From an uncultured Methylotenera sp. (lineage in GTDB: Bacteria > Pseudomonadota > Gammaproteobacteria > Burkholderiales > Methylophilaceae): DNA of 64,000 nucleotides. The first letter of the stretch is position 1; every line of letters begins with the position of its first letter. Below the pieces are notes generated by a model. It was given only the letters and a program-made list of their open reading frames with translations, did not search any database and was not told the origin of the DNA. The stretch is taken from contig CBFGLF010000001.1 in NCBI GenBank assembly GCA_965649545.1, positions 713 to 64,712 on the forward strand, read 5' to 3'. Below are positions 42,881-50,986 of this stretch, in pieces. The position numbers were made by a program, and so were the translations under genes.

Positions 42881-43984
42881 TCAGATGCGCATCGGCATGA
42901 CGACATAGCGGTAACTGTCGTTACCCGGCACCGTGACCAGGCAACTGCTATTAGCATCTGCAAAGGAGAACACGATGTGCTCGCTATCGACATTGTTGAG
43001 GACATCGATCATGTAGGTCACATTGAACCCGATATCCAGGGAATCCCCTGCATAGGTGATCTCCAGATCCTCTTCGGCTTCTTCCTGTTCGCTGTTCGTG
43101 CTGATGAGGCGCAGGTTATCCTTGCCGAGCACCATGCGGATCCCGCGATATTTCTCATTGGACAGGATGGAAGCGCGCTGCATGGAAAGCAGGATACTCA
43201 GGCGATCGGCCGTGAAGCTGTTCTGATGTCCGACCGGGATCACTCGTGTGTAATCCGGGAATTTTCCGTCGATGACCTTGGTGATGAGGCGAATCTCTCC
43301 AAAACTGAAATTGACCTGACCAGTACCGACTTCGATGGTCACTTCATCATCACTTTCATCCAGTAACTTGATCAGCTCGATCACGGTCTTGCGTGGCAGG
43401 ATGAGTTCCTGTTTCTCGTAATTCTGGCTTAACTCCGTCGATGTGAAGCTCAAACGATGTCCATCAGTACCGACGACATTCAGCTTGTTGGCATTCACTT
43501 CGAACAGCAGACCGTTCAGATAGTAGCGAATATCCTGCTGCGCCATGGCGAATTCCACCTGCTTGAACAAGCGCTTCAAGGTGCCTTGACCGATCTTGAT
43601 GGTCGCGGTGCTGGTCGCCGCGGCCTTGGTCATCAATGGATAATCCGCTGCAGGAAGGGTCTGCAGATTGAACCGACTCTTGCCCGTCTTCACCTGGATG
43701 CGGCTCTCCTGTGTCGTCATCGTGATCTCGGCGTCCTCTGGCAACGCGCGACAGATATCCAACAACTTCTTGGCCGAAACTGTGGTGGATAACTCACCAC
43801 CGGTGCTACTTGGCGTCGAGAGCGAAATCTGCATCTCTAGATCGGTGGCGGTCAGGACGATTTTGTCCTGTTTGGCTTCCAACAAGAGGTTAGAGAGGAT
43901 GGGCAATGTATGCCTTCTTTCAACGATCCCACTGACTGCAGATAGCGGCTTGAGCAAGGTCTCACGGTTGATTTTGATATTCAT
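42881..43984 (-). CDS. dnaN: DNA polymerase III beta sliding clamp
   Basis: 367 aa. MNIKINRETLLKPL ... ILSNLLLEA ... C-terminal YVVMPMRI. Confidence 0.95.
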   Translation of the reverse strand: MNIKINRETLLKPLSAVSGIVERRHTLPILSNLLLEAKQDKIVLTATDLEMQISLSTPSSTGGELSTTVSAKKLLDICRALPEDAEITMTTQESRIQVKTGKSRFNLQTLPAADYPLMTKAAATSTATIKIGQGTLKRLFKQVEFAMAQQDIRYYLNGLLFEVNANKLNVVGTDGHRLSFTSTELSQNYEKQELILPRKTVIELIKLLDESDDEVTIEVGTGQVNFSFGEIRLITKVIDGKFPDYTRVIPVGHQNSFTADRLSILLSMQRASILSNEKYRGIRMVLGKDNLRLISTNSEQEEAEEDLEITYAGDSLDIGFNVTYMIDVLNNVDSEHIVFSFADANSSCLVTVPGNDSYRYVVMPMRI

Positions 43985-44228
43985 ATTTTTTAAAGCCTAT
44001 TTATCTAATAGATTAAATATATATTTAAAAGCTAATAACAATAGTAATGCAGTCGAAACTTGTTGATGGAACCAATACGCTTTATCAATCAATCGATTAC
44101 AGATACGTAGCATTCTGTACAACGCATGATTGTACTGTGGATTAAATGTTGATGAATTTCACATCCAGCCTTAAACCACCGTAAACCATCTATTCCTGTA
44201 CAACTTATCCACCGACTGACCACAGGGT
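43985..44228. other. candidate oriC / DNA-unwinding region in the long dnaA-dnaN spacer
   Basis: 244-bp spacer. It holds a roughly 60-bp very AT-rich block (43985-44045) and DnaA-box-like 9-mers TGTGGATTA (44136-44144) and TTATCCACC (44205-44213). It also holds duplicated CTGTACAAC (44115, 44196) and TGTTGATG (44061, 44147). Confidence 0.4.
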
Positions 44229-45608
44229 CTAGTCGCGAATCACCTGGATCAATACCCCGATATCCCGAGCAACGTTCGGATCGTTCTGGCGCAGCTGCTC
44301 GATCTCGTCACAGGCATGCATCACCGTAGTGTGATGACGACTGCCGAACGCCTCACCGATCTCCGGGAAACTGTGGTTCGTCAGTTCTCGCGCCAAAGCC
44401 ATCGCGATCTGGCGTGGCCTAGCGAAATTCCGCGACCGCTTCTTGCTATACATCTCCGCGACTTTGATCTTGTAGTAATCGGCGACCGTCTTCTGGATGT
44501 TCTCGATGGTCACTTGGCGCCCGCGCACAGCAATAAGATCACGCAAGGCATCCTTGGCCAGATTGACGTCGATGGCATGGCCGGTGAACTTGGCCATCGC
44601 TACGATACGGTTCAACGCACCTTCCAGTTCACGGACACTAGACCTCACCTGTTTGGCGATGAAGAAAGCGACATCCTCATGCAGCACGAACTTCGCGGCT
44701 TCGGCCTTTTTCAACAGGATCGCCACGCGCATCTCCAGCTCGGGCGGTTCGACCGCGACTGTCAGCCCCCAACTGAATCGAGTACGCAGTCGCTCGTCGA
44801 CATCGGCGATCTCCTTGGGATAGGTATCGCAAGTGATGATGATCTGTTTCTTGGCTTCGATCAGGCTGTTGAAGGCATAGAAGAATTCTTCCTGGGTCCG
44901 GCTCTTCTTGGCGAAGAACTGGATATCGTCGATCAGTAACAGATCCAGCGAGTGGTATTGGCGCTTGAATTCATCGAAGGCTTTATGCTCGTAAGCCTTC
45001 ACGACATCCGATACATAGCGTTCTGCATGCAGGTAGCGGATCTTGGCTTCCGGACGCAGGTAACGCAGATGATTGCCGATGGCTTGCAACAAATGGGTCT
45101 TACCTAGCCCCACTCCCCCATAGATGAACAAGGGGTTATAGGCCGTACCCGGATTCTCCGCGACCTGCAGCGCGGCAGCGCGGGCCAGTTGATTGGCCCG
45201 ACCCGTGACGAAGTTATCGAAATTGAAAGAGGGGTTGAGGCCACAACTCTCGGTCGCGCTCTTGGCTTTCTTGACGGTCGCGCTTTTCGACCTGACAGGG
45301 GAAACTACTTCTGCCGCAGTATCAGGTTGGATAACTTCACTCTGGTCATGGCCGTTATGCCTTTTGGTTGGGGCATCGAGTAGCGCCAGCTCGATGACGA
45401 TAGGCGTATTCAGCAGTTCTTCCGCAAGCAGTTCGATCCGGTGCAGGAAGCGATCCTTGACCCATTGCTGTACGAAGCGATTGGGCGCGAGCAGACGCAA
45501 GGCGCCATCACGTGCCTCGAATTGCAGTGGTTTGATCCAGGTGTTGAACTGTTGTGCGGAGAGCTCTTGCTTAAAGCGACCGAGACAAATAGACCAAAAG
45601 TTTTCCAT
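44229..45608 (-). CDS. dnaA: chromosomal replication initiator protein DnaA
   Basis: 459 aa. AAA+ Walker A GGVGLGKTHLL, LLIDDIQF, C-terminal DNA-binding HTTVMHA. Confidence 0.96.
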   Translation of the reverse strand: MENFWSICLGRFKQELSAQQFNTWIKPLQFEARDGALRLLAPNRFVQQWVKDRFLHRIELLAEELLNTPIVIELALLDAPTKRHNGHDQSEVIQPDTAAEVVSPVRSKSATVKKAKSATESCGLNPSFNFDNFVTGRANQLARAAALQVAENPGTAYNPLFIYGGVGLGKTHLLQAIGNHLRYLRPEAKIRYLHAERYVSDVVKAYEHKAFDEFKRQYHSLDLLLIDDIQFFAKKSRTQEEFFYAFNSLIEAKKQIIITCDTYPKEIADVDERLRTRFSWGLTVAVEPPELEMRVAILLKKAEAAKFVLHEDVAFFIAKQVRSSVRELEGALNRIVAMAKFTGHAIDVNLAKDALRDLIAVRGRQVTIENIQKTVADYYKIKVAEMYSKKRSRNFARPRQIAMALARELTNHSFPEIGEAFGSRHHTTVMHACDEIEQLRQNDPNVARDIGVLIQVIRD

Positions 45609-45779
45609 CGGTTGCCCGATACCTCAACAGATAGTAAGTGATGGTATTTGCTCGAAGTGCAAGATGTTTGAGTTTGAATGTTCGAGCGCCGATACTGGCT
45701 TGCGAGGCCGTGGATCACTTTAGATCACGGTCTTGCCGCACAGCATTTATCGGTTTCATTCTAGCCTGTTTGCCAAAAC

Positions 45780-45788
45780 TTATCCACA
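45780..45788 (+). promoter_or_regulatory. perfect DnaA box TTATCCACA in the dnaA-rpmH divergent region
   Basis: Exact 9-mer at 45780-45788, about 170 bp upstream of the dnaA start. Confidence 0.6.
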
Positions 45789-45833
45789 GGCGATTCACCT
45801 ATATTTACGGCCAAATGATAGCGCAAATAAACA

Positions 45834-45864
45834 TTGACAAAACATGGTCATATCGGGTTAAATT
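45834..45864 (+). promoter_or_regulatory. candidate sigma70 promoter of rpmH-rnpA
   Basis: TTGACA (45834-45839), 18-nt spacer, TTAAAT (45858-45863); about 45 nt upstream of the rpmH ATG. Confidence 0.4.
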
Positions 45865-45907
45865 ACGCCCTTTGTTTAGAAACGCATAGAAGTCACCGGA
45901 GATTCTT

Positions 45908-46042
45908 ATGAAACGTACTTACCAGCCTTCGAAAGTTCGTCGCGCCCGCACCCATGGCTTCCTGGTGCGCATGAAAACCCGTGGTGGTCGCGCTGTCATC
46001 GCTGCGCGCCGTGCCAAGGGCCGTGCTCGCCTCGCTGTCTAG
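45908..46042 (+). CDS. rpmH: 50S ribosomal protein L34
   Basis: Below the ORF-track cut-off; read by eye: [44 protein letters not shown] (44 aa). Confidence 0.95.
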   Translation: MKRTYQPSKVRRARTHGFLVRMKTRGGRAVIAARRAKGRARLAV

Positions 46043-46063
46043 TCATTCCTGTCACATTCGGTT

Positions 46064-46441
46064 TTGCCGAATACAGGATTTCCCAGAAGCGCTCGAATCG
46101 TTAAAACGGATGATTTTTCATCCGTTTTTAATTTCCGCAAGCGCATCTCTGGACAATTCATCACTCTGCACTATCAATACAATCAGCTCGGCAGGCCACG
46201 TCTTGGACTGATTGTGGGGAAACGCACAGCACGGCTATCCGTGCAGCGTAATTACATGAAGCGTATCTTGCGTGAGTTGTTCAGGCGACATAGCGATCAA
46301 CTGCAGAATCTGGATATCGTGATCCGTGCGCAAAAGCTCTATGTTCCATCGCAGTTCCCTTTGGTCGAACATGAGTTCCAGGAATTGATGTTGAGATTGC
46401 ATCGCCAAACACACCCACGCGTCTCACCCACCCCATCATGA
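46064..46441 (+). CDS. rnpA: ribonuclease P protein component
   Basis: 125 aa basic protein. FPRSARIVKTDDFSSVF ... RNYMKRILRE. Follows rpmH. TTG start uncertain. Confidence 0.88.
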   Translation: MPNTGFPRSARIVKTDDFSSVFNFRKRISGQFITLHYQYNQLGRPRLGLIVGKRTARLSVQRNYMKRILRELFRRHSDQLQNLDIVIRAQKLYVPSQFPLVEHEFQELMLRLHRQTHPRVSPTPS

Positions 46442-46647
46442 AACATGTCCTCCTCTGGTTGATCAGAGCATATCAACTGACACTAAGTCCTTATTTTGGG
46501 CAACAATGTCGATTCTCGCCAACCTGCTCGCAATATACGGCAGAAGCGATCGCGAAGCACGGTGCATGGTTGGGTAGCTGGTACGGCCTGAAACGACTGT
46601 CACGCTGCCATCCGTGGCATGCGGGCGGTCATGACCCCATCCCTTGA
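46438..46647 (+). CDS. yidD: membrane protein insertion efficiency factor YidD
   Basis: 69 aa. YQLTLSPYFGQQCRFSPTCSQY ... RLSRCHPWHAGGHDP. ATGA overlap with rnpA. Confidence 0.9.
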   Translation: MKHVLLWLIRAYQLTLSPYFGQQCRFSPTCSQYTAEAIAKHGAWLGSWYGLKRLSRCHPWHAGGHDPIP

Positions 46648-46682
46648 TGAACCCTTGAATATTTAATTTAGATAAGAGATTT

Positions 46683-48326
46683 ATGGATACCAAGCGTCTG
46701 ATTCTTTTCGTTATTTTTTCGTTCTCGGTTCTGATGTTATGGGATGCCTGGCAGCGTCAGGATGCTCCTGCAGACACGACCGCCGCGGTAAGCCAGGAGG
46801 CGGTGGACAGTAGCGTACCGCAAGCGGAGCGTGCCGCCACCCCCGCGGCTGACTTACCGAAGGAAACCGGATTCCGCCTGCAGACGGCAGGTCGAGTCCA
46901 GGTCGAAACGGATCTCTTCAAGGCGGATATCGATACCCTGGGTGGCGATCTTCGCCGACTCGAATTGTTGCAACATCGTTCGGTCGAATCCATGGATAAG
47001 AATTTCGTCCTCATGGAAGATACGGCGGCACCGATGCTCTACGTCGCGCAATCCGGCCTGATCGGTAACGACCTACCGACGCACAAGACACAGTTCGCCA
47101 GCGCCGCGGATAGCTACAAGATGCAGGAAGGCAGCGACCGCCTGGACGTCACCTTGACCTGGACCAATCCGCAGGGCGTGAAAGTCGACAAGATCTACAC
47201 CTTCCATCGCGGCAGTTACGCCATCGACGTGAGCTACGTCATCGACAACGGCAGCGCCGCTGCGCTGGAACCCGCGGTCTATTACCAGATCGTCCATGAC
47301 AGCGAATCCAATCAGGGGTCGGCGATGATGCCTACCTTCACCGGCGGCGCGTACTACACAGAAGCGGACAAGTTCAAGAAACTGGCGTTCAAGGATATGG
47401 CCAAGAGCGATCTATCGCTAACGGCGAAGGATGGGTGGGTCGGCCTGGTCCAGCATTATTTCGTCGGTGCCTGGATCCCGGCCGATAACCTGCAACGCAT
47501 CTTCTACACCAAACAGCTGAGCGACAATATCTACTCCATCGGCAGTAAGAGCATGCTCGATAGCATCGCCCCGGGTGCCACGGAAAAGGTCACCGCCCGC
47601 CTCTACGCCGGTCCGCAAACCCAGAGCCAGCTGCAAAGCGTCGCGCCTGGCCTGGAATATACCGTGGACTATGGCTGGCTCACCGTGATCGCATCCCCCC
47701 TGTTCTGGGTGCTGTCGGCGATCGAGAAGCTGGTGCATAACTGGGGCGTGGCCATCATCCTGCTCACCATCCTCATCAAGATCGCCTTCTATCCGTTGTC
47801 TGCCGCCAGTTACCGTTCGATGGCCCAGATGCGCGAACTGGCACCGCGCCTGCAGCGCATGAAGGAGCAATACGGCGATGATCGCCAGAAGCTGCAGCAG
47901 GCGATGATGGAGCTCTACAAGACTGAAAAGATCAATCCGATGGGTGGCTGCTTGCCGATCCTGGTGCAGATCCCGGTGTTCATCGCGCTCTACTGGGTGC
48001 TCCTGGGCAGTGTCGAGATGCGGCATGCCCCGTTCATGTTGTGGATACAGGACTTATCGGCGACTGATCCCTATTTCGTGCTGCCTATCCTGATGGGCGC
48101 GACGATGATCATCCAGACCCGACTCAACCCGACGCCGCCGGATCCTGTTCAGGCGAAGATCATGATGATCATGCCGATCGTGTTCAGCGTCTTCTTCTTC
48201 TTCTTCCCGGCAGGCCTGGTGCTGTATTGGCTGGTGAACAACATCCTGTCGATCGCGCAGCAATGGCATATCAATCGCCAGGCCGAGATCGATACCCTCA
48301 ACAAGAAGAAAGCGACCAACCGCTAG
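46683..48326 (+). CDS. yidC: membrane protein insertase YidC
   Basis: 547 aa. N-terminal anchor, large periplasmic domain, conserved core NWGVAIILLTILIK ... GCLPILVQIPVFIALY. Confidence 0.95.
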   Translation: MDTKRLILFVIFSFSVLMLWDAWQRQDAPADTTAAVSQEAVDSSVPQAERAATPAADLPKETGFRLQTAGRVQVETDLFKADIDTLGGDLRRLELLQHRSVESMDKNFVLMEDTAAPMLYVAQSGLIGNDLPTHKTQFASAADSYKMQEGSDRLDVTLTWTNPQGVKVDKIYTFHRGSYAIDVSYVIDNGSAAALEPAVYYQIVHDSESNQGSAMMPTFTGGAYYTEADKFKKLAFKDMAKSDLSLTAKDGWVGLVQHYFVGAWIPADNLQRIFYTKQLSDNIYSIGSKSMLDSIAPGATEKVTARLYAGPQTQSQLQSVAPGLEYTVDYGWLTVIASPLFWVLSAIEKLVHNWGVAIILLTILIKIAFYPLSAASYRSMAQMRELAPRLQRMKEQYGDDRQKLQQAMMELYKTEKINPMGGCLPILVQIPVFIALYWVLLGSVEMRHAPFMLWIQDLSATDPYFVLPILMGATMIIQTRLNPTPPDPVQAKIMMIMPIVFSVFFFFFPAGLVLYWLVNNILSIAQQWHINRQAEIDTLNKKKATNR

Positions 48327-48373
48327 CAGGTAGTCCGCGCCATACTGGCCGGAGCTGAAAGGCTGCGTGTGAT

Positions 48374-49729
48374 ATGAAGGCTGGGCAGCAGACGAACACC
48401 GATACTATCGCCGCGATCGCCACTGCGCCGGGCTCAGGTGGTATCGGTATCGTGCGCGTGTCCGGTCCGGCGGCCAGCCAGGTCGCTGTTGGGGTGCTCG
48501 GCCATTGTCCTGCACCGCGTCATGCGGCCTACCTCGAATTCAAGGAAGCCGACGGTGCGCAGATCGACCGCGGTATCGCCATCTACTACCCTGGCCCACA
48601 CTCCTACACAGGCGAGGATGTACTCGAACTGCAAGCGCATGGCGGCACCGCGCTCATGCAGATCCTGCTCAAGCGCTGCCTGCAGCTTGGCGCGCGTCAG
48701 GCAGAGCCCGGCGAATTCACTCGCCGCGCCTATCTCAACGATAAGCTGGACCTGGCGCAGGCAGAGGCGGTGGCCGACGTGATCAACGCGGCCACGGAAG
48801 AAGCGGCGCGCAGTGCGATGCGTTCACTGTCAGGTGAGTTCTCCACCACCATCCATACCCTGCTCGATCGTCTGGTCAACCTACGCATGTACGTCGAAGC
48901 CTGTCTGGATTTTCCTGAGGAAGAGATCGATTTCATCACGCAAGGACGCGTGGCGGAAAAGCTCGCGGCGATCCGCCAGCAACTGGAAGCGGTTTTTGCC
49001 CAGGCACGACAAGGCAATCTTTTACGTGAAGGAATCCAGGTGGTGCTGGTCGGCCAGCCCAATGTCGGCAAGTCCAGCCTGATGAACCAGCTCGCCGGTG
49101 AGGAGGTGGCCATCGTCACCCCGGTCGCCGGCACGACACGCGATACGATCCGGAATGCGATCCAGATCCAGGGCATCCCTTTGCACGTGACCGATACGGC
49201 AGGATTGCGTGAGACCAGCGATGAGATCGAAAAGGAAGGGATCGCCCGAACATGGCGAGCTCTAGAAAACGCCCATATCGCATTATTATTGGTGGACGCA
49301 GCCCATGATATTGGTGAGATGGAAAAATCGATTCTGGCGCGATTGCCGGCGTTTTTGCCTAAAATCTGGTTACACAACAAGATCGACCTGCACCAGGAGG
49401 CCCCCCGAATCGAGCAGCGCGACCAGGAGATGCATATCTACCTCTCCGCCAAGACCGGGGCCGGTCTTGAGCTCTTGAAAGCGGAACTGCTCAAGCTAGC
49501 GGGTTGGCAACCTGTGGGTGAGGGCATCTTCATGGCAAGAGCCAGGCATCTCGCCGCGATGGAAGTTGTGCGTGTCCATCTGCTGAACGCCGAAGCGCTC
49601 TTGAATCAATCGGAATTGCTGGCCGAGGAGTTACGGTTGGCGCAGGAAGCCTTAGGCGGTATCACGGGTGAATTCAGTCCGGACGACTTGCTCGGTGAGA
49701 TCTTCAGCCGATTCTGCATCGGTAAGTAG
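48374..49729 (+). CDS. mnmE: tRNA uridine-5-carboxymethylaminomethyl modification GTPase MnmE
   Basis: 451 aa. [23 protein letters not shown]-domain [10 protein letters not shown] ... DTAG, C-terminal FCIGK. Confidence 0.94.
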   Translation: MKAGQQTNTDTIAAIATAPGSGGIGIVRVSGPAASQVAVGVLGHCPAPRHAAYLEFKEADGAQIDRGIAIYYPGPHSYTGEDVLELQAHGGTALMQILLKRCLQLGARQAEPGEFTRRAYLNDKLDLAQAEAVADVINAATEEAARSAMRSLSGEFSTTIHTLLDRLVNLRMYVEACLDFPEEEIDFITQGRVAEKLAAIRQQLEAVFAQARQGNLLREGIQVVLVGQPNVGKSSLMNQLAGEEVAIVTPVAGTTRDTIRNAIQIQGIPLHVTDTAGLRETSDEIEKEGIARTWRALENAHIALLLVDAAHDIGEMEKSILARLPAFLPKIWLHNKIDLHQEAPRIEQRDQEMHIYLSAKTGAGLELLKAELLKLAGWQPVGEGIFMARARHLAAMEVVRVHLLNAEALLNQSELLAEELRLAQEALGGITGEFSPDDLLGEIFSRFCIGK

Positions 49730-49738
49730 ATAGGCCGC

Positions 49739-50329
49739 TTAATGGCGGTGTCGCATGGGATGTTTCACGTGAAACACGCGATCCGGCAATTCACTTTTCT
49801 TTGAGCGACGTTTGAAACCGGTGATCATGGCACCGATCAGGTTGTCGTGATGCAGCACACTCTCCACAAGCACACCGGCGACATGCAAGCCTACCAGTGC
49901 CAGCCAGCTCCAGGACGACCACATGTGTAATGTTTGCAGCAGTTCCGATCGATCGATCAGCCAACCGTCGTTATAGACCAAGATCCCGGTCAGTACGGTG
50001 ATCAATCCGTCTGCCAGTAAGGCATAGATCATCAGGGAACCGGCAGGGTTATGGCCGATGAAGCGCTTCGCGTGGCCGTGCAGGATCTGCCAGATATAGC
50101 GGGCAGCCTCGATCGGATGTAGTGGAAAGGCATGAAAATTGGCGTAACCGGTGCGCATATTGCCCCAGCAGATGCGCGCGAGGATCAGCACGCCGGCAGC
50201 ATAGCCGGCATAGGCATGGATGACACGGTCCCATTCCGAGTCGTAGGTCGCAAAGGCCACGGCGAAGGCCGTGACCAGCGACCAGTGAAATAGTCTGACG
50301 AACCTGTCCCAGACGTACTTCGTACTCAT
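49739..50329 (-). CDS. cytochrome b561 / Ni-Fe hydrogenase b-type cytochrome family membrane protein
   Basis: 196 aa. VWDRFVRLFHWSL ... four TM segments with conserved His residues. Confidence 0.75.
   Translation of the reverse strand: MSTKYVWDRFVRLFHWSLVTAFAVAFATYDSEWDRVIHAYAGYAAGVLILARICWGNMRTGYANFHAFPLHPIEAARYIWQILHGHAKRFIGHNPAGSLMIYALLADGLITVLTGILVYNDGWLIDRSELLQTLHMWSSWSWLALVGLHVAGVLVESVLHHDNLIGAMITGFKRRSKKSELPDRVFHVKHPMRHRH
49761..49776. promoter_or_regulatory. parS ParB binding site (perfect 16-bp palindrome), inside the 3' end of the cytochrome b561 gene
   Basis: tgtttcacgtgaaaca exactly. It encodes F-H-V-K-H in the C-terminal tail of the cytochrome. Confidence 0.85.
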
Positions 50330-50336
50330 ACGACGT

Positions 50337-50762
50337 TTATTTTCCAGTGGTCAGCAGATAGGCGATGAAATTGCCCTTCTCCTGCGCCGTGCAATCGCGG
50401 CCGATGATGTCGTTGCAGTGCTTGGTGAAATTCTTCTCCACTTTTTCCACTGAGCCGAATCGCTTGTCGTTGGTCACAGGCGATAAGGGACGGATGGGTT
50501 TGCCGGTGACGATATGCTTGCCGCTATCTGCCGGATTGCTGGTGTGGCAGGAGGCGCAAGCGACCTGTTTGCCTTTGATGGTGAGCTCCCGCGTGAAAAA
50601 GGCTTGGCCCTCCTCCGCGGACAAGCCAGGCGATTGCGGATCGATATGTTGAGCGATGGCTGCGTACTTGTCGGCGAGCTTCTGTGCGGTCGCGACATCG
50701 GCTTGCGCCGACAGGGACAGGCTACTCAACAAGATGACCAAGGTGGAAGAAAGTTTGCGCAT
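50337..50762 (-). CDS. periplasmic mono-haem c-type cytochrome (DUF1924-like by recollection)
   Basis: 141 aa. Signal peptide MRKLSSTLVILLSSLSLSAQA and a single CxxCH (CASCH). 7-nt gap to the cytochrome b561 gene. Confidence 0.55.
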   Translation of the reverse strand: MRKLSSTLVILLSSLSLSAQADVATAQKLADKYAAIAQHIDPQSPGLSAEEGQAFFTRELTIKGKQVACASCHTSNPADSGKHIVTGKPIRPLSPVTNDKRFGSVEKVEKNFTKHCNDIIGRDCTAQEKGNFIAYLLTTGK

Positions 50763-50945
50763 GACGGACTCCTAGGGTTGGCGATGAATCGATACGGTTT
50801 GCATAGTACTAAGCGAATTACGTGCCAAATTCTAGGCAACCATCATGACAAGCCGATGAAATAAGGCTTTGCGAGGAGTAAGCGTGTTCGTGGATCGAGG
50901 AATGGATGCAACGGCAGCCTTGCATCACACCTACAGAAAATCTGT

Positions 50946-50968
50946 CCTTGCACTGCATGAGTGCAAGG
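50946..50968 (-). terminator. probable terminator hairpin after the 822-aa gene
   Basis: ccttgcact-gcatg-agtgcaagg: a perfect 9-bp stem 19 nt after the stop. On the minus strand the following T-run is interrupted (acagattttctg). Confidence 0.45.
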
Positions 50969-50986
50969 ATATGACAAAGATGCCGC

